A DNA stretch of 64,000 bases from Eledone cirrhosa (taxonomy: Eukaryota): contig OZ024743.1 in NCBI GenBank assembly GCA_964016885.1, positions 114,018,001 through 114,082,000 of the forward strand. Reading direction: 5' to 3'. Below the pieces are notes generated by a model. The model was not told where the DNA came from, made no database searches, and worked only from the letters and a program-made list of their open reading frames with translations. A program made the translations under genes and the position numbers. Shown here piece after piece: positions 49,501-62,850 of this stretch (the stretch's first letter is position 1; every line of letters starts with the position of its first letter).

Positions 49501-50487
49501 GTAGCTGGCCAGAATAGTGTAGCTGGCCAGAATACAGTGTAGCTGGCCAGAATACAGTGTAGCTGGCCAGAATATAGTGTAGCTGGCCAGAATACAGTGT
49601 AGCTGGCCAGAATAGTGTAGCTGACCAGAATAGTGTAGCTGGCCAGAATACAGTGTAGCTGGCCAGAATAGTGTAGCTGGCCAGAATACAGTGTGGCTGG
49701 CCAGAATACAGTGTAGCTGGTCAGAATACAGTGTAGCTGGCCAGAATAGTGTAGCTGACCAGAATAGTGTAGCTGGCCAGAATACAGTGTAGCTGGCCAG
49801 AATAGTGTAGCTGGGCCAGAATAGTGTAGCTGGCCAGAATACACTGTGGCTGGCCAGAATACACTGTGGCTGGCCAGAATACACTGTGGCTGGCCAGAAT
49901 ACAGTGTAGCAGGCCAGAATGAATACAGTGTAGCAGGCCAGAACACTGTGGCTGACCAGAATACAGTGTGACTGGCCAGAATGAATACAGTATGGCTGGC
50001 CAGAATGATTACAGTGTAGCTGGCCAGAACACAGTGTGGCTGACCAGAATACAGTGTAGCTGGCCAGAATACAGTGTGGCTGGCCAGAATACAGTGTGGC
50101 TGGCCAGAATACAGTGTGGCTGGCTAGAATGAATAGTGTAGCTGGCCAGGATAAATAGTGTAGCTGGCCAGAATGAATAGTGTAGCTGGCCAGAATGAAT
50201 AGTGTGGCTGGCCAGAATGAATACAGTGTGGCTGGCCAGAATGAATACAGTGTGGCTGGCCAGAACACTGTTGGTTACCAGAATACAGTGTGACTGGCCA
50301 GAATGAATAGTGTGGCTGGCCAGAATACAGTGTGGCTGGCCAGAATACAGTGTGGCTAGCCAGAACACTGTGGCTTACCAGAATACAGTGGGACTGGCCA
50401 GAATGAATAGTGTGGCTGGCCAGAATACAGTGTGGCTGGCCAGAATGAATACAGTGTGGCTGGCCAGAATGAATACAGTGTGGCTGC
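46562..50487. repeat. 20-bp satellite (GTGTAGCTGGCCAGAATACA), ~3.9 kb, roughly 195 copies
   Basis: Homogeneous tandem array with 18-bp and 24-bp variants; explains the 1241-aa and 1132-aa ORFs. Confidence 0.98.
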
Positions 50488-50620
50488 ATGGTTAAATAGT
50501 TCCCTTCACAATCCTGGATTCAATCTCCACTGAATGGGCAAATCTTATTTACTATAGCCTTGGTTTGACCCAGGCTTTGTAAGTGAAATTGTGTAATCAG
50601 AAACTGTTTGGAAGCCCGTC
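50478..50620 (+). mobile_element. tRNA-derived SINE family D
   Basis: GTGTGGCTGCATGGTTAA..GGATTCAATC..GGGCAA..TACTATAGCC..GAAACTG..GAAGCCCGTC; related copy at ~42020-42180. Confidence 0.7.
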
Positions 50621-50696
50621 AAATGGACTGTACCTGTAATTCAAAGAGGCAGCCTTGTCACACACTGTGTCATGCTGAATCTCCCTGAGAATTACA

Positions 50697-51035
50697 TTAA
50701 CCCTTTAGAATTTATATTACTCTATATTTACTATTATATTTTCACAAAAACGGCTTTATCTAGCATAATATCTCTCATAATATCAAATCTGCAAGATTTT
50801 GATATTATTCATTTTGAACACAATACCTTAACATCAGTATGAGCAACCGGTTACAGCTGGTTTGAACAGAAAGAGGTGAGCGAATTCTGGCCGAGTGTGG
50901 CCAGTTCAAATGGTAATCTGCAAGATTTTGATATTTATTTTGAAAACAATACCTTAACATCAGTATGAGCAGCCAATTACAGCTGGTTGGAACAGAAAGA
51001 GGTGAGAGGATTCTGGCCAGATGTGGTCAGTTTAA
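50697..51035 (+). mobile_element. TTAA MITE family 1 with internal duplication
   Basis: TTAACCCTTTAGAATT start; the AATCTGCAAGATTTTGATATT..GAATTCTGGCC segment occurs twice. Confidence 0.7.
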
Positions 51036-51489
51036 AAGATATATATACCTATGGAATGCTCAATCATTTACACTCTAATACAGGATGGACTGTACCTGTA
51101 ATTTAAAGGGCCAGTCTTGTCACGCACTGTGTCATACTGAATCTCCTTGAGAATTACGTTAAGGGTACATATGTCTGTGGAATGCTCAGCCACTTACACC
51201 ATAATATAAGATGACCTAACCTGACATGCTAAATCTCGCTGAGAATTATGTTAAGAGTGCACATGTCTGTGGAATGCGCAGCCACTTACACTATAGTAGA
51301 AGATGGCAATCTTGTCACACAGTATGAAGTACTGAATCTCCCTGAGAATTATGTTAAGAGTAGATGTGTCTGTGGAAAGGTCAGTCACACATTACCTTCA
51401 TGAACAGGTTATTCTTTTGATTGAAGAACTGGAACACTCATCATCAGAACATACTGAGGTCCATCACAACTCATCAGATCTACAAAAAG

Positions 51490-51847
51490 GTTGTTGGGTG
51501 TCCACCGATTCCTCTTATATATTCTGTCTTGAGCACTGTACTGTTATATTAAGCCAAGACAATGAACACCAAATGGCTTAATACATCTAAAGTCTTAGTC
51601 TAATGCCCTTCTATACTGGAGAGCACATTAGGTAATAAGCTTCCTCCAATGCACATGGGTGCAAAGAGCTGGAGCAAATACCAGGTTCTGTTTCCAGTCA
51701 GAATTTATTCCCTAGTTCTTCCATAGATTTAGTTATAAGAACGTGATCAGCAGCATACCAAAGTTCCCATGGACAACCTATCTTAACCTCCTCTGTCATA
51801 AAGACCATAATAAATAGAAGTGGGCTGAGGGTTGAGCCCTGGTGCAC
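51490..51847 (-). pseudogene. Decayed RTE-like LINE RT fragment
   Basis: Minus translation VHQGSTLSPLLFIMV..GCPWELWYAAD (degenerate YADD). Confidence 0.75.
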
Positions 51848-52163
51848 TTATTATATATATATGTACACACACACACACACACACACACACACTCAACCTG
51901 TGTTATGGATAAGCTAGATAGTTATTACTCAACTCCCAGCTGTGATTGAACTTAATACATATGCTTTAGAAATTAGAAAGTTTCTACAGGAAGTAGTAGT
52001 AGCAACAGTAGTAGCAATAGTAGTAGTAGCAGCATCAGCACCAGAAGAACTTAAATAAGTGTTGTATTCTTGTAGAAAAGAGACAAAGAGGATGAGAGGT
52101 GGGGACAGAATTAAACAAAAAATATTCACAAATGTAAATAAATTAATAGATGCAGATAAATAA

Positions 52164-52212
<49 letters not shown>

Positions 52213-52544
52213 ATATATATAAATAATATATATGTAAATAAAAAAAAATATTATATATATATATATATATATCAAGTGTAATGAAAGTGCTGACCTTACT
52301 GAAATAGGAAAAGCTGGGGTGTGGAAAGGGGGTAGGTTTAGGTGTTAAAGAGAATGCAAGATCTAAGAGGAGATTAATATGGAAGGAAGTTATCTATCAT
52401 AGTTGTCTAGGGTATACCATAACATGGAGGGAAACATGTCAAAACAATGATGAGCAGGGTTTTTAACAGATCGGAAAACAATTTCATATTCTGCCTCAGC
52501 CACAGCGCACTTTTCTCTTTTTACTATTATTCTTTATTATTATT

Positions 52545-52980
52545 TGTGGCATGCGTTAGATTGGCATTATCGGTAGAGGGTCAGACACCATGCTTTCCAG
52601 CATAGAGTTACATCCCTTTATGATCTGAGTTCAAATCCCGCCAAGGTTAACTTTGCCTTTCATCCTTACCGGGTCGATAAAATAAAATACCAGTAACACA
52701 CTGGAGTACTTTCTGGCCTTGTGCCAAAATTAGAAACCATTATTATTACCGCTGAGGTTAACTTTGCCTTTCATCCTTATGGGGTTGATAAATTAAAGCA
52801 CCAGTAATGTACTGGAATAATTGCTGGCCTTGTGCCAAAAGTAGAAACAGTATTATTATTTGTGGCATTTAAATATGGCTCTTTTTATTCTAAGTTCAAG
52901 TCCTGCCCCCCTTTCAACTTTTGGCCTTTCCCTCAAATTGCTGGCCTTGTGTCTAAATTAGAAATCCTATTTATTGTAAT
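52545..52980 (+). mobile_element. SINE A cluster (one near full length plus partial copies)
   Basis: Family A consensus at ~52555-52745 and ~52750-52860. Confidence 0.85.
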
Positions 52981-53623
52981 TCAATAGTCTTAACTACTGG
53001 TAACATCCCTGCCACTACTACTACTACTACCATCATTCACTAATAACTTTTTTTTATTATTAGAAATCTTTATTTTTATCATTTCATGTTTATATAAAAT
53101 CTGTTTTAAAGTTTTTGATGTTTTTTTTACCTGTAATCTTTTATATATAAATAGAGAGAGAGAGAGGGGGGGGGGGAGAAAGAGAGAGAGGGGGGGAAGA
53201 GAGAGAGAGAGAAAGAGACACACATACTTTTTCTGTCTCTTCTCCCTCTCTTTTCTCTTCTCTCCCACTCTCTCAAACAAGACAGATATCAGCAGATTAG
53301 AAATGGATAGATATTTCTTTCCAAAGGAGAAGGGATTTCTTATAAATAAAACATATTTCTTACTCCTAACTTTCATATTTATCAAAAAAAAAAGAAGAAA
53401 AATTGCACAATAGCTCTCAAAAGAGTTATAGCATTTCTAAAATATATATTTTTTCCTTATGTGTGTATCAAGTACAAAATAATTTGTCATGGGAGGCAAA
53501 TAAATTTTCCCCAAATAGTTACTCAACTTCACATTTTTTTCTACCCTAAATTCTTTTCCAATTCTTGGATTTTGCTTAATAATCAAGCTTTAATTCTTTT
53601 ATCCATATTGTTCCAAATTAATG

Positions 53624-54042
53624 TTAACCCTTTACCAGTTACATTATTATATTTACTAAGGGCGGTGGTTTGGCAATATCGGTAGAGGGTCGGACAACAG
53701 GCTTTGCAGCACAGAGTTACGCCTTTTTCTGATCTGAGTTCAAATCCTGCCGAGGTTAACTTTGCCTTTCATCCTTTACGGGGTCGATAAAATAAAGTAC
53801 CAGTAATGCACTGGGTAATTGCTGGCCTTGTGCCAAAAGTAGAAACAATTATTATATTTACTATTGTATTTTCACAGTAAAGGCTTTATCTCACATAATA
53901 TCGAATCTATGAGATTTTGATGTTATTTATTTTGAGAACAATACCTTAACATTGGTATAAGCGGCCAATTACAGCTGGTTTGAATAGAAAGAGGTGAGAG
54001 AATTCTGACTGGATACGGCTGGTTTAAATGCTAAAGAGATAA
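53624..54042 (+). mobile_element. TTAA MITE family 1 interrupted by a SINE A
   Basis: MITE ends at 53624 and ~54042; MITE sequence resumes after the SINE. Confidence 0.8.
53659..53850 (+). mobile_element. Full-length SINE A with target-site duplication
   Basis: Flanked by ATTATATTTACTA at 53646-53658 and 53851-53863. Confidence 0.9.
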
Positions 54043-54572
54043 TAAGCGAAGGCTTCATTGTGTAGTTAAAAAGCTAAGGAGATTATGTTCTTTCTATTAC
54101 TGATATTATGTGCTGGTCGCAACTCCTGGCAGGAGGAGGGAAAATTTGAACTCAGAATGTAAAGAAGTGGTAGATCTGATTCTGCAAAGCATCCCATCCA
54201 ACTCTTTAACAATTCTGCCAATCTACCAACTCTATACTATTATTTTATGGACCCTGAATGGATTGAAAATTAATATTGACCTCAGCCTGATTTGAACTCC
54301 TGCAGAGTGCAGAGTGGTGCAATAAATGCCAATCCATTTAATCTTGCATTCTAACAGTTCTATCAATTCACCATCTTGCATGTAGAGTGATCATATGAAG
54401 GTTCCCTTATACCTTTGAATACATAGTAATGAGATGATATACAATAAGAAAGAGCTATAACCATATTTCAGTGAGCTACAGTGCCATTGACAACAAATAC
54501 TGGATTTTACTTGTGTCATATCATTCCTTCTTCTATGATTGTATTGGGAAACTTGGAGAATGAAAAAAGAAT

Positions 54573-54607
<35 letters not shown>

Positions 54608-54723
54608 CTTTTTTATATATAAACATATCTGTGTGTATATACGCACACACATATAACTCATACACAACATATATATATATATATATACATACATACACAC
54701 ATATATATATACACACACATAGA

Positions 54724-55612
54724 TTCGAGTTTGTATAAAAACGTTCCCAGACTAGTTATGTTTAAAAATAACTAATATATTTACGCAAGTTTTAACATCA
54801 TCTCCTTCTAAAATAGTCACCTTACGCAGCAATACACCGGCCCCAGCATTCCTGCCACTTTTGGAATCAGGCCTAGAAGTTGTTTTCTGTAAGCAAGTCA
54901 AGGACCTTCTGCAATTCGCTCTGGATCTCAGCAACAGTGTTAAAACGGCGACCTTTGAGCTGCTTTTTCAGCTTGGAGAAGAGATGGAAGTCCACAGGTG
55001 CTAAATCTGGCAAATAGGGCAGGTGTGGAAACGATACAATGTTGTTTTTGGCAAGAAACACACGAGTGAGGAAAACTCGGTGACAGGGTGCATTGTCGTC
55101 ATGAAGAATACAATTCTTCGCGCTCCACTGATCTGGTCGCTTTCATCGAACGTCCTTGCTCAAATACCTCAAAATGTTGCAGTAGAACTCTTGATTGAGA
55201 GTCTGGCCCTGGGGAATGAATTCTTGATGCACAGTAACGCGGATGTCGAAAAAATGATGAGCATGCTCTTGATTGAGCTGCAGCTCTGTCATGCCTTCTT
55301 CGGACGTGGAGATGAAGGACTTTTCCACTGTGTCGACTGCTGCTTCGTCTCAGGATCGTACGATGCATGCTCAATGTCTCTGTAGCAGACTTCCCAAGTT
55401 GAACGTAAAATTTCACATTGGTTCTTTGTTCCAAGATCCTGTTCATCACAAAAACACAAATTTCACAACTTGTGAAGTATATACTGCGATTTCTCTCACC
55501 ACACTTGCGCATGAAGGCTACTGCTAGCTCTCACTGCACATGCAACCGTGTGTTGCCATTTGCTGTTGCACTACAAAATAGTCTGGAAACCTTTTGATAC
55601 CACCACCTCATA
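54724..55612 (-). mobile_element. Decayed, internally deleted mariner (Tc1/mariner) transposon
   Basis: Minus fragments EQRTNVKFYVQLGKSATETLSM, FFDIR..VHQEFIPQGQTLNQEFY, LHDDNAPCH, PHLPYLPDLAPVDFHLF (YSPDLAP motif), KGRRF..GDYFEGD; degenerate TIRs CGAGTTTGTATAAAAACGTTCCCAGACT / AGTCTGGAAACCTTTTGATACCACCACCTCA-TA. Confidence 0.9.
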
Positions 55613-55697
55613 TATATATATATATACCGTCTAACCCATGCTAGCATAGAAAATGGAAAATTAAACGAAGATGATGATGATGATATATATATAATAT

Positions 55698-55960
55698 GGA
55701 GGCACGTGGCCTATTGGTAAGACTTGCGATCATAATGTTGTAGGTTCGATTCCTGGGTTGTGTGTTGTGTTCTTGAGCAAAACACTTCATTTCACGTTGC
55801 TCCAGTATACTCAGCTGTAAATGAGTACCAGCAATAGCTGAGGGTTTAACCCTGCGATGGACTGGGGGGGGGGGGGGGGGAGTCTTGTATTCTCAGTCAC
55901 TTCACGCCATGAAACAATAAGCACCGACCAAATGAGGCTTCTGGCTTAAGGCAGATTTTA
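55698..55960 (+). mobile_element. tRNA-derived SINE (family B-like head)
   Basis: GGAGGCACGTGGCCTATTGG..GGTTCGATTCC..CTTGAGCAA..CTCAGCTGTAAATGAGTACC. Confidence 0.8.
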
Positions 55961-56329
55961 GACTTTTTAGATATATATAATATACACATATACACACACA
56001 TATATACACATACATACACACACACACACACATACATACATACACACACACACATATATATATACATATAAATACTTTACCTCTGGAATATCAAAGAGAC
56101 AAGAGGTGTCAACTATATCAACCATTTTAACAGGAAAAATAGCAATGAAAAGATATGCTGGGGTATGAGTGATTCTTGGGATAGATTTCAATTCCTTCTC
56201 TCTCTTTTTTTCTCTAACCATTTTTCATGTTTTTCAATGGTATTGTATTATTGTAGAAATTGAAGATTTCTATAGATTTCTGGCACAGGTGTTCCTAACA
56301 TTTTATTTGTCAACTATCGAACAATAGGA

Positions 56330-56570
56330 TTGGAGTAGTAGTAGTAGTAGTGGTAGTAGAAGTAGTAGTAGTGGTGGTGGTGGTAGTAGAAGTGGTGGTG
56401 GTGGTGGTGGTGGTAGTAGAAGTGGTGGTGTTGGTAGTAGAAGTGGTGGTGGTGGTGGTGGTGGTAATAGTAGTAGTAGTAGTAGTAGCAGCAGTAGTGG
56501 TAGTAGCATCAGCAGTGGTAGTAGTAGTAATAGCAGTGGTGGTGGTGGTGGAAATAGTGGTAGTAGTAGG
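56330..56570. repeat. (TAG)/(TGG) trinucleotide repeat
   Basis: Direct observation. Confidence 0.95.
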
Positions 56571-56711
56571 CCAGCTAAAGTATTCCATCCTACAACTAAC
56601 AATATTGTTGACATATCATCAACCAGTGATCCAAACCTTGAGTAAATTTTACCTAGTGAAGAACCAAATACACCGATTCTGAATTAGTACATATCTTTTT
56701 TTTTCCCCAGT

Positions 56712-56914
56712 TTAACCTTTTAGCATTTAAACCAGCCATATCCGTTCAAAATTTTCTGTTCAAACCGGCTGTAACCAGCCACTCATATTGATGTTAAGAT
56801 ATTGTTCTCAAAATAAATAACATCAAAATCTCATAGATTCGATACTATGTGAGAAAGTCTTTACCACAAAAATACAATAGAATATATAGAGTAATGTAAA
56901 TGCTAAAGAGTCAA
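56712..56914 (-). mobile_element. TTAA MITE family 1
   Basis: TTAACCTTTTAGCATT...AATGCTAAAGAGTCAA. Confidence 0.8.
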
Positions 56915-57542
56915 ATTGATTTTTAATTTAGACACAAGGTCAGCTTATTTAGGGGAGGGGCAAATTTAAATAAATCAACTCCAGTACTTGACTGGTACTT
57001 TATTTTATTGATACCACAAAGCTGCAAGGCAACGTTGACCTCAGTGGAACTTGAACTTATTCAGCAAAGCATTTTGTCCAATGCTCTACCATTTCTGCCA
57101 AACTACTGCCCTTTTCCCAGTTATACTTAAAAACAATCTGAAGTTGAAAAGAAAATTTAAAATAGGCTTAATTTGTTTATTAACACATTTGATAGCAGCT
57201 TGCCCAAAACCGCCTCTAGTTCTATGGAACAAAACCATCCATTTAAAAGGTTCCTGTTTAAATTAAAATCTTCCAACAAAATTTTATACAAAAACCTTTT
57301 TGTTATCTTACAAATAGCATCAAAGAATCAAAATAATTTTAATAAATTCCTTCAAATTCTTCATTGATTAATTCCAATACAATGTATTTCATCAAAAATA
57401 TGCCAATGAAAGGGTTAAAATGTAAATTTGTTTCCATTCAACTGTGTTGGAATTAGTATTTTGGATCAGTATGAGTCTCATTGATGGATGTTTTCACATT
57501 GACTGTATTTGATTCTAGTTCCGGTGTATGTTCATTATTAAT

Positions 57543-57730
57543 AATTGTTTATACTTTTGGCACAAGGCCAACAATTATTCCAGTGCATTACTGGTACTTT
57601 ATTATCAGCCCCGTAAGGATGAAAGGCAAAGTTAACCTTGGTGGGATTTGAACTCAGACCACAAAGGGACGTAACTATATACTGAAAAGCATGGCGGCCG
57701 ACCCTCTACCTATACTACCAATCCACCACC
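57543..57730 (-). mobile_element. SINE family A
   Basis: Reverse complement of the family A consensus. Confidence 0.85.
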
Positions 57731-58462
57731 TAGTATAATAATATATGTTTACATTGACTTACTCTACAATATCCTCATACCAGTAACTGTTCATCATTAG
57801 CTGAACATATTGTTGACTGATTGTATTTAATCCTAGTAATGCTATCTGTTCATTAGTTTGTTCATAAGTGAAACAATATTGTTTTGTGCTGCTATTATTA
57901 TCCATTGAACCTAAAACAATAACGTTAAAAACAATATTCTAAACTTCCCCCCCCCCCCCCCCCCCCCCCCATCATCAGTTACTGCATTATGGTCGTGATG
58001 CAAATATAAATTACTGAACAAAACAAGGTAGGGGGTATATAATTTATTTGTAAAAATTGCCACAGGGTAAACGAGATGAAACAGATAGGGAGTCCCTATC
58101 ATCAATCAAATGTGAATAATTCTACAAAGGATGAGAAGAGAGCTAATTAAACAAGCTTAATATGACAACTAAACAACAAAGAACTCAACAAGACCTACGG
58201 TAAATACATAGTTAATTTAAGTTTACATCAAAACTGAACAGAAGACTGGAAATTCAATGGGGTGCAAGGTAACGCTTATGATTCAGATAAAGACTATAGC
58301 TGATAAAGGGCCAATATACCCAGTAGTTCCAAAGATCTCTCATAGAAACAGCACGAGATATACATCAGCACTTAAGATGCTCAACATTTAGATTTTAATC
58401 AGAAATATCTATTATCTATTTGAACACATGGAGAGAAGATGAAGTATGTGTATGTATAGGTA

Positions 58463-58497
<35 letters not shown>

Positions 58498-58642
58498 GAC
58501 TATGTGCATTGTATATGTATGTGTGTGTGTACATATATATATGTATATAAGTATTGCATGTGTGTGTGTATGTATACAGAGGTCCCAAAAAATTTATACA
58601 CATATTTATTAGACTGCTGTTGAAGTGTGTATACATTTTGCG

Positions 58643-58682
<40 letters not shown>

Positions 58683-58774
58683 TACACATGTGCATGACAG
58701 CACACAAACTCATATATATGCAGAAGTGGGTTTTTAAGAGTCTTAACATATGTAAACATGTTTGTATGTACATA

Positions 58775-59745
58775 AAGCTTTTGACAGATTACCCGTGCCA
58801 TTATCTGGACGGCTCTTAGAAAACTAGGATTAGAAGAGTGGCTTGTGAAGGCTATAAAAGCCATGTATAGGGGAGCAGTCAGCAAAGTTAGGATTAACGA
58901 CTAGTGAGGAATTTAGCATGCAGGTTGGCGTCCACCAGGGCTCTGTCCTTAGCCCCCTCCTGTTATCGTTCTACAGGCTGCCCATGGGAACTCCTGTATG
59001 CAAATGATCTTACACTCATCTATGGCAAAATTTGAGAAGAAAATCCAAACCTGGAAGCATGGCCTAGAAACAAAGGGTCTTAAAGTCAACCTGACAAAGA
59101 CTAAGGTCCTAGTAAATAAAAGGGAAAACAGATTTGTGGTCCCCTCGGGGAAATAGCCCAGTGTGTAGGAAAGGTGTAAGTAGAAATTCCATCAACTATC
59201 CCAAATGCAAACTATGAGTACAAAAGAGATGTAGTGTGATCTCAAGTAGTTTAGCTAAGAACATAGGTTTTACATGTAGCCATTGTACCAGAGCACAGGG
59301 AAGGTCCAGTAGAAGCGGTGGACAGCTTCTGCTGCCTAGGTACCCAAATTAGCAGTGGAGGTGGGTGTTCTGAAAGTACAGTAACAAGGGTAAGAACGGG
59401 ATGGAAGAAGTTCAGGAGCTACCACCATTGCTAGCTACAAAAGGCTTTTCCCTCTAAATGAAAGGCAGATTGCACAACGCATGTATATGGGCAGCTAAGT
59501 TGCATGGTGCTATGTGCAGAGGACTTATGCAGATTGGAAAGAAATGAAGCTTGCATGCTTCGTTGGATGTGTAACAGTAATATATGTGAATGGCAAAGCA
59601 TAAATGAACTGAGAGAGAAACTAGGCATAAGAGGGATCAGATACAGTGTACAGGAGAGGAGATTATATTGGTATGGACATGTGATGCGTATGAAGGATGA
59701 CAGCTGTATAAAAATATGCAGAGCGCTCAAAGTAGATTTTTGATA
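58775..59745 (+). pseudogene. Decayed RTE-clade LINE RT and C-terminal fragment
   Basis: AFDR..IIWTALRKLGLEEWLVKAIKAMY..QVGVHQGSVLSPLL..PWELLYAND..GLKVNLTKTKV..LERNEACMLRWMC..RRLYWYGHVMRM, with stops and frameshifts. Confidence 0.9.
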
Positions 59746-60891
59746 CCATTAAATAAATTACCTATCTTTATATGCTGGTTAAATAAAACATAATTGTTTT
59801 TATTTCCCAATAAGGGTGAGGGAGCTTTTGCATGGTCATTTGTCCTAGAAAGACAGCTGAATCTACCTCAAAACACACTCTCACGTCTGAAATTTAACTC
59901 TTTTGATACCAGTTCACTTCAAACCACTCTGGTTTTATGATACAAGATTAGCTATTTTGAAATGTTCATACTCAGTTTTTTAAGTAATGTTCTAAACATC
60001 AGCTTACTAATGTATTTTATTAAATTAGGTATTTTATTAAATTCCTCCAAATTTTATTATTATTTCCAAAATTAATTGCACCACATAGACTATCATCATT
60101 TTCTTTACGTCAATTTTTCTATGCTGGAATGGGTTGAACAAGACTTTTTGAAGCATTGTTTTACAGCCAAATGCTGTTCCTGACACCAAACCTTTTAGTT
60201 GCTTCTTACAACATGCCATGTATGTCATAAAATTGTGTATGCCATTAAAAATTGGTTCAACAATACAAAACTATGACTTTAAAATGTTTATATTTATCTA
60301 AAAACCTTCCATCATAATTTTTTATCAGAATCTATGTTAAGCTATGCTCCAAACACCAGCTTGATAATGAGAAAATTAATTTTATTATTAAACCCCAAAT
60401 TCTTGATTATTTTTTAACTATTTGAAAATCATAGGCAATAGAAATATGATAACAAAAGGGTTAAATGTTTTCAGTACAAATATCATTAAATAAATAATCT
60501 ATCCTTAAATGCTGGTTAAATTAAACATGGTGTTTTCTCCTGGCTTCGTAATTGTTCTTATCATTGGCACAAGTCAGCAATTTAGGGGAAAGAGAAAGTT
60601 GATTATATCAATCCCAATAGTTGACTGGTACTTATTGATTCCAGAAGGATGAAAGATAAAGTTCACCTAGAATATAGGAAGTAGTAACTAAATTCCATAA
60701 ACCATTTTGTCCAACACTCTACCAGTACTGTCAATTCACTACCCTCCATGGTTTCACAGTGAAAACCACATAAACTAGTATGAAATAATAACAGATTATA
60801 CATTTATGGTTGACCCAAGGATATATAGCAGAAAACCGTATATGCTGTGTAATGAGGTTCAGGAACCAGATGATTACATAAACTTTTTGAC

Positions 60892-61030
60892 CATACAGCC
60901 ATGTTTAAAAAAAGTTTAGAAGTAAAATTGTTCAGAAAAAGCTGACAATACAGCCATGTTTAAAAAAAGGTTTAGGAGTGAAATTATTCAGAAAAAGTTG
61001 ACCATACAGCTATGTTTAAAAATTGTTTAG
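60892..61030. repeat. ~56-bp tandem repeat, 2.5 copies
   Basis: ATACAGCCATGTTTAAAAAAAG..TTCAGAAAAAG repeated. Confidence 0.85.
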
Positions 61031-61819
61031 AAAAAGAAAATAAAGACAACAAAATCAAAATAAAAGAAATAGAATGAATAACAAGAAGGAAAAGAGAGAA
61101 TGAATTAGAAAATGGAAAAGAGAGAATGAATTAGAAAATGAAAAAGAAGGAGTGAGAATATATATGTGTATGGACCCATAACTCCTGATGGAGTTGTAAA
61201 GGCGCCATAGTATCATAAGGCATGTCTTGAACATTCTCAAACCTGGCAGAGCCCATCCCTTCTCTAGCTGATTTCTTGCAGACAAGGAGAGAAAGAGTTG
61301 AGACATCTGATTTTGCCTGACACAGAATTTAATTCCAGTCTTTCAAAGTCTACATGAAAAACATCACATGATCCACATGACAGATGCAATGTATCCCTAC
61401 ACAGAAGAGCCGAACTCCCACTGTCATCGCCTCCATTTCTCTCGCCCTCCCCCATCTCTCTGTATAGTGAGCAAATGGGGTCCCACGTGCTGGCCTCCCC
61501 ACCGCCCCGGCGGACAGAATGGAGAAGGTGTTTCCCGGAGGATGGTAAGCGCTGGAAGAGCCATAGTGATAGAGAAGAAATGAGAAAAAGATATAGGGGA
61601 ATAATTAACACCCAAGTATTTCACTGGTCCTGGTATTTTTTTTTATTGAAATCGAAAGGAAGAAGTCATAGTTAGCCTCAGTGGGATTTGAACTCAGAGA
61701 GCCAGAACCAATAGAAACAAGTGAAAAAATAAGTTAATTGAAAAACGGAAATGATAGAATAATGGAGAAGGATAAAGAAATGAAGTCAAATATAGAATGA
61801 ATAAGCAAGACTCTGTATG

Positions 61820-62850
61820 CGTGATGTGAAAGATGTGTAAATGTGTCTAGTTGTGTGAAAGATGTGTAGTTCTGTGTGTTGATGTGTGTGTGTAGACATG
61901 TGAAAGATGTGTAGTTCTGTGTATTGATGTGTGTGTGTGTAGATTTGAGAAAGATGTGTGGTTTTGTGTGTTGATGTGTGTGTAGACATGTGAAAGATGT
62001 GCAGTTCTGTGTGAAAGATGTGTAGTTCTGTGTGTTGATGTGTGTAGATGTGTGAAAGATGTGTAGTTCTGTGTGTTGATGTGTGTGTAGATTTGAGAAA
62101 GATGTGTAGTTCTGTGTGTTGATGTGTTTACATGTATGAAAGATGTGTAGTTCTGTTTGTTGATGTGTTTACATGTATGAAAGATGTGTAGTTCTGTGTG
62201 TTGATGTGTTTACACATGTATGAAAGATGTGTAGTTCTGTGTGTTGATGTGTTTACATGTATGAAAGATGTGTAGTTCTGTGTGTTGATGTGTTTACATG
62301 TATGAAAGATGTGTAGTTCTGTGTGTTGATGTGTTTACATATATGAAAGATGTGTAGTTATGTGTGTTGTTGTGTTTACATGTATGAAAGATGTGTAGTT
62401 ATGTGTGTTGATGTGTTTACATGTATGAAAGATGTGTAGTTCTGTGTGTTGATGTGTTTACATGTATGAAAGATGTGTAGTTCTGTGTGTTGATGTGTTT
62501 ACATGTATGAAAGATGTGTAGTTATGTGTGTTGATGTGCTTACATGTATGAAAGATGTGTAGTTCTGTGTGTTGATGTGTTTACATGTATGAAAGGTGTG
62601 TAGTTCTGTGTGTTGATGTGTTTACATGTATGAAAGATGTGTAGTTATGTGTGTTGATGTGCTTACATGTATGAAAGATGTGTAGTTCTGTGTGTTGATG
62701 TGCTTACATATATGAAAGATGTGTAGTTCTGTGTGTTGATGTGTTTACATGTATGAAAGGTGTGTAGTTCTGTGTGTTGATGTGCTAACATATATGAAAG
62801 ATGTGTAGTTCTGTGTGTTGTGTTTACATGTATGAAAGATGTGTAGCTGT
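61820..62850. repeat. 41-bp minisatellite (CATGTATGAAAGATGTGTAGTTCTGTGTGTTGATGTGTTTA)
   Basis: About 25 tandem units, degenerate at the left end. Confidence 0.95.

Noticed and set aside
46543-50268. 1241-aa and 1132-aa ORFs
   Set aside because: Translation of a 20-bp satellite lacking minus-strand stops; unit not a multiple of 3 and all frames give the same peptide.
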